This document shows positions 39,385-53,793 of a stretch of DNA of 64,000 nt, piece by piece (the stretch's first letter is position 1; each line of letters begins with the position of its first letter). The DNA is taken from the NCBI GenBank assembly GCA_043821645.1, contig JBDRCO010000070.1, positions 32,001-96,000 on the forward strand, given 5' to 3'. The notes under the pieces were generated by a model. That model was not told where the DNA came from and ran no database searches. It saw only the letters and a program-made list of their open reading frames with translations. The DNA is from Pseudomonadota bacterium (lineage in GTDB: Bacteria > Myxococcota > JACRCW01 > JAFGSX01). A program made the translations under genes and the position numbers.

Positions 39385-41286
39385 TCAGCGAGAGGAAAGT
39401 CGGGTGGCGATGTCGATGAGTTCGATGAGCTCCATCTCCTCCTCGTTTTCCTTCTGCAGCGAGCTGCGCGCGATCTCCTGTGCCTTCTGCAGCGTCCAGA
39501 TGTTCTTGAAGGGGCTGCCTCGCAGGTTCTCGGCCAGGGCTGCGGCTGCCACCGCGCGGCGCAGGTCGGGAGATGCGGCCTTGAAGTTCTTCTTCATCGT
39601 CGAGGAGGTGACCGTAAAAGCCTTCTCGTCGGCCTTGCTGCCCTCGGGCTGCTTCCAGCGCACGCGCACCGTGGCCCAGCTCGCCTTGGGGTCGGTGACC
39701 TCGACCTCGTACAGGGCCACCACGTTGTGACCGCTGCCGATCTCACCGGCGTCGACCTTGTCGTTGCGAAAATCCTCGTCCGCGATGTCGCGGTTCTCGT
39801 AACCCACCAGGCGATAGCGCTTGACCGCCTTCTTGTCGAACTCGACCTGGATCTTGACGTCCTTGGCGATGACTTGCAGCGTGCCCATGAGGTCGGCGCC
39901 GAACACCCGCTTGGCCTGGCTGAAGCCGTCAATGTAGTAGTAGTTGCCGTTGCCCTTGTTGGACAGCTGCTCCATCGTCGTGTCTTTGTAATTGCCCATG
40001 CCAAAGCCGATGGTCGACAGGGTGATGCCTTCCTCGGCGTACTTCTTGATCGAGGTCAGCATGTCGCCATGCTTGGTGGCACCGACGTTGGCATCGCCAT
40101 CGCTGCACACGATGACGCGATTGACGGACTTGCCCTTGATGTTCTCGTAGGCCTGCTGGTAGGCCAGCTCCAGCCCCGAGGCCATGGCGGTCGAGCCGCC
40201 CGCGCTCAGGCCCTCGATGGCGTCGTGGATCTTCTTCTTGTCGCTCATCCCCGTGGGCGTGAGCACCACGCGCGTGCTGCCGGCGTAGGTGGTCAGGGCC
40301 ACGGTGTCGCCGGGCTGCAGCTGGTCGACCAAAAAGCGCAGGCTGCGCTTGAGCAAGCCGATCTTGTCCTCGGAGTGCATCGAACCCGAGGTGTCGACCA
40401 GGAAGGTCAGGTGCACGGGCTTGCGATCCTTGCCCTTGGCCTCCATGCCCTTGACCCCCACGCGCAAGATCGTGAGCTTGTCGTCAAAGGGCGAGGGCGC
40501 AGCCTCGAGGTTGACGTTGAAGGGACCACTCTTCGGCGGTGCGTCGCTGTACTTGAAGTAGTTGACGAACTCCTCGGTGCGCACCGACGCCGGCGGCGGC
40601 AAGGACCCCTCGCGCAGCTTGCGGCGTGCGATGGTGTAGCTGGCCGTGTCCACGTCGACGGCGAAGGTCGACAGGTTGTCGGTAGCGGTGTCCGTCCAGG
40701 GGTTCTGGCCGTACTCGGTGTAGCCCTCGGTGTTGCCCTCGGCCTGGTCCGGCTTGGGTTGAGGCCGCGGCTTGGGCGTGGGCATGGGACGCCCCGGTGG
40801 AGCCGAGCGCAGCGACTGCGAGGGTGCGGCGGCACCGGACATGGATTCTTTCTTGGCCCTGCGCGGCGCCATGCGCTCGTCTGCCACGGCCCCGGCAGGC
40901 TCCGCCATGACCGGTGAGGGCGCCACGCTCTTCGCGGCCTCCTGCTCCGGCGCCGCCCGGACCTGCAGCTTGAGCTCGATGAGCAGGTTCGCGGTCTTGC
41001 CCTCGGCCACCACCAGCTGCTGCGCGTACTTCTGGTAGCCAGGGGCCAGCACTGTGAGCTGGTAGGGTCCCGCCGCAACATCGTTGAAGGTGAAGGCACC
41101 TTTCTTGTTAGTGGTCGCCTTGTACTGGGAGGCGCCCTTGAGCTCGACCACTGCGCCGGGCACGGGAACGCCAGCGATCTGCACCACCCCGCGCACCTTG
41201 GCGCCGGCCGCCAGGGCAACGGCCGCCAGGGTGAGCGCGGACAGCACGAGGAGGTATGCAAGCATGCGACGGGTTCGAGTCTTCAT
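39385..41286 (-). CDS. YfbK-like VWA-domain protein with N-terminal carboxypeptidase-regulatory-like domain
   Basis: Signal peptide, STFAVDVDTASY, VRTEEFVNYF, MIDAS DTSGS, SDGDANVG and YRLVGYENR. Confidence 0.9.
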   Translation of the reverse strand: MKTRTRRMLAYLLVLSALTLAAVALAAGAKVRGVVQIAGVPVPGAVVELKGASQYKATTNKKGAFTFNDVAAGPYQLTVLAPGYQKYAQQLVVAEGKTANLLIELKLQVRAAPEQEAAKSVAPSPVMAEPAGAVADERMAPRRAKKESMSGAAAPSQSLRSAPPGRPMPTPKPRPQPKPDQAEGNTEGYTEYGQNPWTDTATDNLSTFAVDVDTASYTIARRKLREGSLPPPASVRTEEFVNYFKYSDAPPKSGPFNVNLEAAPSPFDDKLTILRVGVKGMEAKGKDRKPVHLTFLVDTSGSMHSEDKIGLLKRSLRFLVDQLQPGDTVALTTYAGSTRVVLTPTGMSDKKKIHDAIEGLSAGGSTAMASGLELAYQQAYENIKGKSVNRVIVCSDGDANVGATKHGDMLTSIKKYAEEGITLSTIGFGMGNYKDTTMEQLSNKGNGNYYYIDGFSQAKRVFGADLMGTLQVIAKDVKIQVEFDKKAVKRYRLVGYENRDIADEDFRNDKVDAGEIGSGHNVVALYEVEVTDPKASWATVRVRWKQPEGSKADEKAFTVTSSTMKKNFKAASPDLRRAVAAAALAENLRGSPFKNIWTLQKAQEIARSSLQKENEEEMELIELIDIATRLSSR

Positions 41287-41638
41287 GGCCAGAGCCCCCG
41301 GTTGAGGTGTAGGCGTATCATAGGACCCAAACGCTTGAGGTGCGAGCGCGGTCTGCCGCCCTGCCTGGCGCTGCGCGGGTGGGTGCCCCCTGTGGCTGTT
41401 GCTGCGGGATTGTCGCTGCAGCGGCAAAAAAAAAATGGCCAGGGAACAGCCTTTGCCGCAGTGCGTAATCGGCCCTCTGGAGCGCAAGACCCGTTTGGAG
41501 TCTGTCGAAAAAATTGACGACGCCTTGCGTCGAGAGCCACAGCTCCAGGCGCTTCGTGAATCCTCCTTAATATATTGTATTTGTTAGATTAAATTGTCTT
41601 CATCGGACGCCAAGGCATCAAGATTCGCCTGGATAGCC

Positions 41639-41710
41639 TATCAAGCCATTTGATAACCCCTCCTTTCTATAAGCTCAGCGATTGACACGCAGAATGTTCT
41701 ACGCCATTAC
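41639..41710 (+). promoter_or_regulatory. Candidate hppA promoter with upstream inverted-repeat operator
   Basis: TATCAA-N5-TTGATA at 41639-41655 in an AT-rich patch, then a perfect TTGACA at 41682-41687. The -10 is weak. Confidence 0.45.
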
Positions 41711-41814
41711 CCTGCTGCCGGATTCAGCAGAGGTGCCCGACCGACTCGACGGGGTGGTCAAAGGGCGGTCGTCACGGGCGCGGCACAGCACAACCGGCGC
41801 AAGGAGACCCCATC

Positions 41815-44031
41815 ATGGAGAAGCTGCTGTTCTTCTACTCGCCCATCGCCGTAGGTCTCGCCGCACTGCTCTATGCCTTCGTGCGCGCGACCTGGGTCAA
41901 CAAGCAGGACCCGGGAAGCGAGCGCATGCAGACCATTGGCAAGTGGATCGCCGATGGTGCCATGGCCTTCCTGGCCCGCGAGTACAAGTCCCTGGCGGTG
42001 TTCGTGGCGGCGGTGGCCATCCTGCTCGGCGTTGCCAACCAGATGTCCTCGGATGACACCGACTGGACCATCGCCCTGTCCTTCGTGCTCGGCGCGGGCT
42101 GCTCGGCCCTGGCCGGTTACTTCGGCATGAAGACCGCGACCAAGTCCAACATCCGCACCGCGGCGGCAGCCCGCACCGGCCTCAACTCGGCCCTGCAGGT
42201 CGCCTTCACCGGCGGCTCGGTCATGGGCCTGGCGGTGGTGGGCCTGGCCATCACGGGCGTGGGCGCGCTGTTCCTGGTGTTCGGCATGTTCGTGCACCCG
42301 ACGGCGCAGACCGACACCACCGTGATGATGTTCGTGCTCAACACGGTGTCGGGCTTCTCGCTCGGCGGCTCGTCCATCGCGCTGTTCGCGCGCGTGGGCG
42401 GCGGCATCTACACCAAGGCCGCCGACGTGGGCGCGGACCTGGTGGGCAAGGTCGAAGCCGGTATCCCCGAGGATCACCCCCTGAACCCCGCCACCATCGC
42501 CGACAACGTGGGCGACAACGTGGGCGACGTCGCGGGCATGGGCGCCGACCTGTTCGAGTCCTATGTTGGCGCCATCGTGTCGTCGATGATCCTGGGCGTG
42601 GCCTGGTTCGGCGGCCTGCAGGCGCTGGGCGTCGACGGCATGAACGCGGTGTACCTGCCCCTGGTCATCGCGGTCATCGGCATCGTGATGTCCATCATCG
42701 GCTTCTTCTTCGTGCGCACCAAGGAGGGAGGCAACCCGCAGACCGGCCTCAACATGGGCACCTTCGGCGCCGGCGCGCTCATGGTCCTCGGTACCGTGGG
42801 AGCCATCTACTGGCTGCTGCCCAAGGACGGCATCAAGGTCATCGACATCATCACCAAGCAGGAGGCCGTGTACCAGTGGTGGGGCGTGGCCGTGGCCGTG
42901 ATCGGCGGCCTGGGCGCGGGCATCGCCGTGGGCATGCTCACCGAGTACTACACCGCCACCTTCAAGGGCCCCGTGGGCACCATCGTCGAGGCCAGCAAGA
43001 CAGGCCCGGCCACCACCGTGATCCAGGGCATCGCCGTGGGCATGAACTCCACCACCTGGCCGGTGCTGTGCATCTGCGTCGCCATCCTGCTCGCCTACTA
43101 CTTCGCAGGCCTGTACGGCATCGCCCTGGCCGCCGTGGGCATGCTGAGCACTACCGCCATCCAGCTCGCCACCGACGCCTACGGCCCCATCGCCGACAAC
43201 GCCGGCGGCATCGCCGAGATGGCACAGCTCGGCCGCGACGTGCGCGCCCGCACCGACAAGCTCGACGCCGTGGGCAACACCACCGCCGCCATCGGCAAGG
43301 GTTTCGCCATCGGCTCCGCCGCCCTCACCGCCCTCGCCCTGACCGCCGCCTACATCACCAAGATGAAGGGCTCGGTCTCGATGGACGCTGCCAACCCCTA
43401 CGTGCTGGTCGGTCTGCTCATCGGCTGCATGCTGCCCTTCCGCTTCTCGGCCATGGCCATGGTGGCCGTGGGCAAGGCCGCCCAGGACATGATCCAGGAG
43501 GTGCGGCGCCAGTTCCGCGAGATCCCCGAGCTGCGCCCGGCCCTGATCGCGGCGCAGGCGGCAGAGCACGAGGACCGCGAGCCCAACGAAAGCGAGCGCG
43601 CCCTGATCCTGGCCGCGGACGGCAAGGCCGAGTACACCAAGTGCGTCGAGATCTCGACCGCCGCCGCCATCAAGAAGATGGTGGACCCGGGCGTGATGGC
43701 CGTGAGCGTGCCCGTCATCGTCGGCATCATCTCGCCCGACATGCTGGGTGGCCTGCTCATCGGTGTCACCATCTCGGGTGTGTGCCTGGCCATCTTCCAG
43801 GCCAACGCCGGCGGCGCCTGGGACAACAGCAAGAAGCAGGTCAAGGAAGAGGGCCACGCCAAGTACGGCGACGCCTACGACGAGATGCACAAGGCCACGG
43901 TCACCGGCGACACCGTCGGCGACCCCTTCAAGGACACCTCGGGCCCCTCGCTCAACATCCTGGTCAAGCTCATCAGCGTGGTGGCCATGATCATCGCGCC
44001 CATGCTGTACGCACTGCACCACGGCAAGTGA
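41815..44031 (+). CDS. hppA: Membrane-bound K+-dependent (probably Na+-translocating) pyrophosphatase
   Basis: [56 protein letters not shown] and [10 protein letters not shown]. Confidence 0.95.
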   Translation: MEKLLFFYSPIAVGLAALLYAFVRATWVNKQDPGSERMQTIGKWIADGAMAFLAREYKSLAVFVAAVAILLGVANQMSSDDTDWTIALSFVLGAGCSALAGYFGMKTATKSNIRTAAAARTGLNSALQVAFTGGSVMGLAVVGLAITGVGALFLVFGMFVHPTAQTDTTVMMFVLNTVSGFSLGGSSIALFARVGGGIYTKAADVGADLVGKVEAGIPEDHPLNPATIADNVGDNVGDVAGMGADLFESYVGAIVSSMILGVAWFGGLQALGVDGMNAVYLPLVIAVIGIVMSIIGFFFVRTKEGGNPQTGLNMGTFGAGALMVLGTVGAIYWLLPKDGIKVIDIITKQEAVYQWWGVAVAVIGGLGAGIAVGMLTEYYTATFKGPVGTIVEASKTGPATTVIQGIAVGMNSTTWPVLCICVAILLAYYFAGLYGIALAAVGMLSTTAIQLATDAYGPIADNAGGIAEMAQLGRDVRARTDKLDAVGNTTAAIGKGFAIGSAALTALALTAAYITKMKGSVSMDAANPYVLVGLLIGCMLPFRFSAMAMVAVGKAAQDMIQEVRRQFREIPELRPALIAAQAAEHEDREPNESERALILAADGKAEYTKCVEISTAAAIKKMVDPGVMAVSVPVIVGIISPDMLGGLLIGVTISGVCLAIFQANAGGAWDNSKKQVKEEGHAKYGDAYDEMHKATVTGDTVGDPFKDTSGPSLNILVKLISVVAMIIAPMLYALHHGK

Positions 44032-44160
44032 TCCGCGGGCGCTGAATCCTCCACGATTTTTGTGCCCCCCCCTCTCCCTCCAGCGTGATCACACAGCGCC
44101 CTTGGCAGCCGCGCCAGGTTCCTGTTTCCGACGTGGCAAGCAGGTGCTATAGGACTGCGC

Positions 44161-44439
44161 ATGGTGAGGTTGTTGACCATCGCTGTGCTTGCTCTGGGGC
44201 TGGGCCTTGCCGTCGGCTGCCTGGATCCCTGTGATCAGCTGGCCACGCGCATCTGCGATTGCAAGAGCAGCAACTACGACCGGGATATCTGCCGGCAGCG
44301 GGTCGAGTTGCAGAAAGCGAACCGGGACCCGAGCGATGCGGACAAGACCGCGTGCGAGGCAGCCCTGAAGACCTGCACCTGCGCCGCCATCGACCGCCTG
44401 GACCTGAGCCAGTGCGGCTTCGCGCGCCCGGCGCGCTGA
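44161..44439 (+). CDS. Small Cys-rich lipoprotein
   Basis: Lipobox LAVGC and 8 further Cys in about 70 aa. Confidence 0.75.
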   Translation: MVRLLTIAVLALGLGLAVGCLDPCDQLATRICDCKSSNYDRDICRQRVELQKANRDPSDADKTACEAALKTCTCAAIDRLDLSQCGFARPAR

Positions 44440-44470
44440 ACCTCCGACACCGGCGAGGACGCGTAGCATC

Positions 44471-45271
44471 GTGAACCGCCCTCGAAGACCGCGTTTCGAC
44501 CTGCGCAAGGCGATGTTCGTCCTGCCCAATGCCTTCACCATGTCGAGCATTGGCTGCGGCCTGCTCGCCATCGTGCTCGCCTCGGGCAACCCGGGTCCGG
44601 ACCAACTGTTTCGCGCGGCCCTGGCCATCTTCTTTGGCACCTTCTTCGACATGATGGACGGGCGGGTGGCGCGACTCACCCGTACCCAGAGCGACTTCGG
44701 GGTGGAACTCGACTCCCTGGCCGACCTCGTCACCTTTGGCGTGGCGCCGGCCATCGTGGTCTACAAGTGGGGGCTCGAGCCCCTGGGCAACGTGGCCTTG
44801 GCCGCCATCTTCATCTACACCGGCTGCGGTGCCGCCCGCCTGGCTCGCTTCAATGTCCTGGCCCACCGCAACCCCGCAACCTCCGAGCACTTCATCGGCC
44901 TGCCCATCCCCCTCGCTGCCGGCACCCTGGTGTCCCTGATCATCGCCCATCACAGCCTGGGCAGCGCCCAGGTGGCGCGCCACGGCTCCGTGCTGGCAGT
45001 GGTGCTGGTGCTGTCCTACCTGATGGTGTCCAACGTTCGCTATCGAACCTTCAAGGGTGCGCGGCTGAGCATGATCCCCCTGATCACCCTGGCCGTGGTG
45101 CTGGTGACGCTGGCGCTGACCTGCGTCATCCTCGGACTCAGCCCGTCGCTGCTGCTCGTGGCACTGTGCGGCGGCTACATCCTGCTGGGCTTGTTCGAAG
45201 AAGTGCTGTTCTTCAGGCGCCGTCGACAGGACGAGCGCACTCGCCGCGAGCAGGCCCCGGCCCGCCCCTGA
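44471..45271 (+). CDS. pssA: CDP-diacylglycerol-serine O-phosphatidyltransferase
   Basis: LPNAFT, DMMDGRVAR...FGVELDSLADLVTFGVAP, RLARFN and FIGLPIP. Confidence 0.93.
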   Translation: MNRPRRPRFDLRKAMFVLPNAFTMSSIGCGLLAIVLASGNPGPDQLFRAALAIFFGTFFDMMDGRVARLTRTQSDFGVELDSLADLVTFGVAPAIVVYKWGLEPLGNVALAAIFIYTGCGAARLARFNVLAHRNPATSEHFIGLPIPLAAGTLVSLIIAHHSLGSAQVARHGSVLAVVLVLSYLMVSNVRYRTFKGARLSMIPLITLAVVLVTLALTCVILGLSPSLLLVALCGGYILLGLFEEVLFFRRRRQDERTRREQAPARP

Positions 45272-45376
45272 TCCTCGCGCTTTGTTCAGGTGCCTTGTGG
45301 AGGACGTGACCGCACGCGACCTGCACGGTCGCTGAGCGCCTGTACATCGGGATATCGTGGCCCCGGGAGGTATCGG

Positions 45377-49834
<4,458 letters not shown>

Positions 49835-49895
49835 GCCCGGGCTTGGACCCCGGCCAGGGATCTGTTCTCATGAGCCTGCACGACGAGGGAACACC

Positions 49896-51476
49896 ATGGT
49901 CCGCATCCCCAGCTCTTCAAGCCTACCCACCGGGACCGCCGGTGCGTCAACCAAGGCCATCCGTGACCCGGCGCCCCTCGACGACGGGGCGGGCACCAGC
50001 TCCGGGACGACGCCCAGAAAGAAACAGAGCGACGGAGTGGACCCCGGCTCGCAGCAGGCCTCGCGCATCGCCGGCAGCGACCAGGTGCTGCCCAGCCACA
50101 CCCGCCCCGAGCAGCGCCCGGGCGCGCGGGCCCAGGTCGACCTGACCGGCTGGCAACCCGAGGCCCTGAAGAAGACCCTGCTGGCGGACATCGAGCGCGC
50201 CTTCACCTTGCTGCGTCAGCTCCCGCCCGCGGTCACCTTCTTCGGCGGCGCACGCATCAAGCCCGACGATCCCTTCTACGAGCTGTCCAAGGCCATCGGA
50301 CGCCGCCTGGCAGCCTCGGGCATCCCGCCGCGCACCGGCGCGGGGCCGGGCATCATGACCTCGGTGCCCCAGGGCTACAAGGAGGCCAAGGGGCATCCCC
50401 AGACGGGCAACGCCGTGTACTTCGCCCCCGTGCTCGAGGGCTTCTCGGAGCAGGCCAGTCGCGACGACACGCGCACCCAGGGCTTCAACATCCTGCTGCC
50501 CCACGAGCAGGGCCTCAACGACGCCATCGACACGGCCACCGAGCTGGTCATGTTCCCCTACCGCAAGCTCGCGCTGTACGAGAACGTGCGCGGCCTGGTC
50601 ACCTTCCCCGGTGGCTTTGGCACCCTCGACGAGCTGTTCGAGGTCTGGTCCCTGGCCGTACGGGGTCGGCACAGCGATCCCATGGCCGTGATTGGCAAGA
50701 CCTTCTGGCAGCCCCTGCTCGACACCATCGAGCAGGTGGCGGTGCGCGATCGCCAGCTCCTGGATCCTGCCCAGCTCTCCCTGATCCAGGTCACGGACGA
50801 CCCCGATGAGCTGGTGAGCTACCTGGCCAGCGACCACGAGGTTCGCGGCTTCGAGCACGATCCGGTGCAGAGTGCCATGCGCATGTCCGCGGAGATCTCC
50901 GACGCCATCGACCTGCTGGATCGCTTGCCAGAGGCCGTCACCTTCATCGGTGGACACAGGCTCGATCCCGCGGACCCGGCCTGCAAGGTCGCCGAGCACC
51001 TCGCGCAGGTGCTGCAACGGGATGGACAGGCGCTTCGCGTGGGCGGCGCGGGACCTACGGCCAGAGCTGTGACCGCGGGCGCGCTCGCAGCAGACCCCGA
51101 TGCTCGGGTTCAGGGTTTCCTGCTCTCGGACGAAGATGGCGGCAAGGCCCTCCCCGGCCTCGAGGTGCACAAGATCTTCGACGAACCGGTGACCCATCGC
51201 GCGGTCATCGGTAGCCGCTGCAAGGCCTTCGTGGCACTGCCCGGAGGTGTGGGCACGCTTGACGAGCTGTTCACGGTGTTGTGCCAGGTGCAGACCGGCA
51301 AGATGAAGAAGATGCCCATCGTGCTCATCGGCTCGGACTACTGGCAGCCCATCCTCGATGCCATTCGACGCTCCATGCTCAGTGGCGAGCGTCAGACCAT
51401 CGCCCCCGGGGACCTCGACCTGGTCACCGTCACCGACGACGCCGCCGCGGCCGCTCGCCTGATCCGCGGGGGCTGA
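49896..51476 (+). CDS. LOG-family (nucleotide monophosphate nucleosidase-like) protein with two tandem LOG domains
   Basis: VTFFGGAR, TGAGPGIM, YRK, PGGFGTLDELFE, then a second VTFIGG...PGGVGTLDELF. Low-complexity N-terminus of about 85 aa. Confidence 0.85.
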   Translation: MVRIPSSSSLPTGTAGASTKAIRDPAPLDDGAGTSSGTTPRKKQSDGVDPGSQQASRIAGSDQVLPSHTRPEQRPGARAQVDLTGWQPEALKKTLLADIERAFTLLRQLPPAVTFFGGARIKPDDPFYELSKAIGRRLAASGIPPRTGAGPGIMTSVPQGYKEAKGHPQTGNAVYFAPVLEGFSEQASRDDTRTQGFNILLPHEQGLNDAIDTATELVMFPYRKLALYENVRGLVTFPGGFGTLDELFEVWSLAVRGRHSDPMAVIGKTFWQPLLDTIEQVAVRDRQLLDPAQLSLIQVTDDPDELVSYLASDHEVRGFEHDPVQSAMRMSAEISDAIDLLDRLPEAVTFIGGHRLDPADPACKVAEHLAQVLQRDGQALRVGGAGPTARAVTAGALAADPDARVQGFLLSDEDGGKALPGLEVHKIFDEPVTHRAVIGSRCKAFVALPGGVGTLDELFTVLCQVQTGKMKKMPIVLIGSDYWQPILDAIRRSMLSGERQTIAPGDLDLVTVTDDAAAAARLIRGG

Positions 51477-51666
51477 CCGCGGCTGCTCTGTGGCTACCAG
51501 GCTGCACGGAAGCCGGGCACCCGCTATGTCACCTGCTGTCTCGCCACAGCGCACAGCGGGCAGGCCACGAAGCACATCCCTCGATGGCATGGAACCAGGA
51601 CTGGCATGGATCCCAGAACGATCTATGCTCGCGTCTCCCCGCAAGCGCCCCAATAAGGAGTCACCC

Positions 51667-53550
51667 ATGATCGCATACCGCTCTCGCCTGGTGGTGGCAG
51701 CGTTGACGCTGTCCGCGTGGCTATCCGCACCTGCACGCGCCCAGACTGCGGTCGATATGCAGTCCTTCAAGCCCAGCCCCTTTGGCAATGATCTGCTGAC
51801 CACCGAGAGCGGCGAGGGAATGCCTCAGTGGAGCTGGAACGTTGGCCTGTGGCCCCACTACCAGCACAACCCGCTGGTCTATCGCTACGCTGGCCAGCGC
51901 ACCGTGAGGCGGGTCGCTCTCGGGAATCAGGTGATGGCGGATCTGGTCGGTGGCTTCAGCTTCTTCGAGTGGCTGAATCTCGGCGTGGCCCTGCCCACCG
52001 TGCTGTACCAGGACGGAGAGGGCCTGTACGGCGGTCAGCCTCCCGCCGTCGCCGGGCTCGGAGATCTGAGGCTGGTACCGCGCTTCCAGTTGCTCAATCT
52101 CAACCAGGGCATGTTCGCTCTGTCGCTGCTGCCCGTGCTCACCGTACCCACGGGCCAATTCTTTGACCCGTGGATGGGCGATCGCAACTTCAACTTCTAT
52201 CCGACGCTGGCGGCCAGCACGCGCTGGAAGTGGTTCACCGTCGCCGGCAACGCCTACTACCGCCTGAGGGAGGATGGCACCGTGGACCGCGTGAAGGCCG
52301 AGCACGAGCTGGGCTTCCGGCTCGGCGGCTCCGTGTTCGTGTGGCCCGAGCACCTGGCCGTCGTGGGAGAGGCCTACGGTGCGACACCCGCCTGGCATCC
52401 GTTCCAGAGTGGCAAGGTGAACAAGCTCGACCTCGTGGCGGGTCTTCGCTACTTCACGCCCTTCGGGCTGGACGTGACGCTTGGCGGCGGTGGCAATCCA
52501 ACACGCGGCTTCGGCACACCGGACTTCCGGGTGTTCGCGGCTGCGGTGTTCACCGGCAAGCCGGAAGCGGACTCCGACGGCGATGGTCTGGACGACGCCG
52601 AGGATGGTTGCCCGGACAAGGCCGGTCCCCTCGAGAACAAGGGTTGCCCGGACACCGACAGCGATGGCGACACCGTGGCGGATCGTCTCGACCGGTGCAT
52701 GGATCAGCCGGGACCGGCCACCAACAACGGCTGCCCTGTGGACCGCGATGGCGACGGTTTGCAGGATGACGTCGACCAGTGCCCGGACGAGCCCGGTGCG
52801 CCCGCCACCAACGGCTGCCCGGACAGCGACAACGACGGTATCCCGGACCACCTGGACAAATGCCGGGATCAGGCCGAGGACAGGGACACGTTCCAGGATG
52901 ACGACGGTTGTCCGGATCCAGACAACGACGGGGATGGGATCCTGGATGGCGACGACCGCTGTCCTGGCGAGGCGGGTCCCGCCGACAACGGGGGATGCCC
53001 CGACAAGGATCGCGATGGCGACGGGGTGACCGATCGCTTTGACAAGTGCCCGGATGAGGCAGGGCTGATGGAGAATCGAGGCTGCCCGGATCAGGATCGC
53101 GACGGCGACAGCATCGTCGACCGCCTGGACAACTGTCCGGATGAAGCCGGAAGCCCCAAGAACAACGGGTGCAAGGTCAAGCAACTGGTGGTGCTGACCG
53201 CCAGCAAGATCGAGATCCTCGACATGGTCTACTTTGCCTCCGGCAAGGCCGTCATCGAGAAGCGCAGCTTCAAGATGCTGGACCAGGTGGCCGCCGTGCT
53301 CGGCTCGCACCCGGAGATCCCGAAGGTCAGGGTCGAGGGCCACACCGACAACAAGGGCAAGGCCGACTTCAACAAGAAGCTGTCACAGCAGCGCGCCGAA
53401 GCCGTCAGGACCTACCTGGTCGGCCGGGGCATCGACGAGGCCAGACTCGACGCTGTCGGCTTTGGCATGGAGAAGCCGATCGACACCAACGACACCAACG
53501 CCGGCCGCGCCAAGAACCGCCGTGTCGAGTTCAACATCGTCATGGAGTAG
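51667..53550 (+). CDS. OmpA-family protein: N-terminal beta-barrel, thrombospondin type 3 repeats, OmpA domain (TraB-like architecture)
   Basis: AAGGAG RBS, signal, GLGDLRL, repeated DxDGDGxxDxxDxCP, EGHTD, LSQQRA and NRRVEF. Confidence 0.9.
   Translation: MIAYRSRLVVAALTLSAWLSAPARAQTAVDMQSFKPSPFGNDLLTTESGEGMPQWSWNVGLWPHYQHNPLVYRYAGQRTVRRVALGNQVMADLVGGFSFFEWLNLGVALPTVLYQDGEGLYGGQPPAVAGLGDLRLVPRFQLLNLNQGMFALSLLPVLTVPTGQFFDPWMGDRNFNFYPTLAASTRWKWFTVAGNAYYRLREDGTVDRVKAEHELGFRLGGSVFVWPEHLAVVGEAYGATPAWHPFQSGKVNKLDLVAGLRYFTPFGLDVTLGGGGNPTRGFGTPDFRVFAAAVFTGKPEADSDGDGLDDAEDGCPDKAGPLENKGCPDTDSDGDTVADRLDRCMDQPGPATNNGCPVDRDGDGLQDDVDQCPDEPGAPATNGCPDSDNDGIPDHLDKCRDQAEDRDTFQDDDGCPDPDNDGDGILDGDDRCPGEAGPADNGGCPDKDRDGDGVTDRFDKCPDEAGLMENRGCPDQDRDGDSIVDRLDNCPDEAGSPKNNGCKVKQLVVLTASKIEILDMVYFASGKAVIEKRSFKMLDQVAAVLGSHPEIPKVRVEGHTDNKGKADFNKKLSQQRAEAVRTYLVGRGIDEARLDAVGFGMEKPIDTNDTNAGRAKNRRVEFNIVME
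52570..53175 (+). repeat. Thrombospondin type 3-like Ca-binding repeats
   Basis: About seven DxDxDGxxDxxDxCPxxxG...GCP units. Confidence 0.85.
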
Positions 53551-53793
53551 GCGGCACCACTCTCCCCGGGCGTCCGATCGACACAGCGCCTGCCGCGCAC
53601 CAACCCGTCAAGCCCTGGCGCTCGCGCCCTGCCCCTCGCCGGGGTTCGTGCCTGATTGCCTTGTCTGGAGTGACCGGTTCACCTGGGACGAGAGAGACTG
53701 CTGGCAAGCCGGCGAGAACAAGACCCGCCACTGGGCATCACGCTTCAGGTCATGGCAGGGGGCACGAACAGCCGGGCGCAGGAGGGTAAAAGG

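Noticed and set aside
41758-44022. 754-aa antisense ORF opposite hppA, and similar long shadow ORFs (7988-10045, 24225-26324, 56210-58630, 20360-22411)
   Set aside because: They mirror well-supported genes on the other strand and have no motifs. They are an expected artefact of strong GC3 codon bias.
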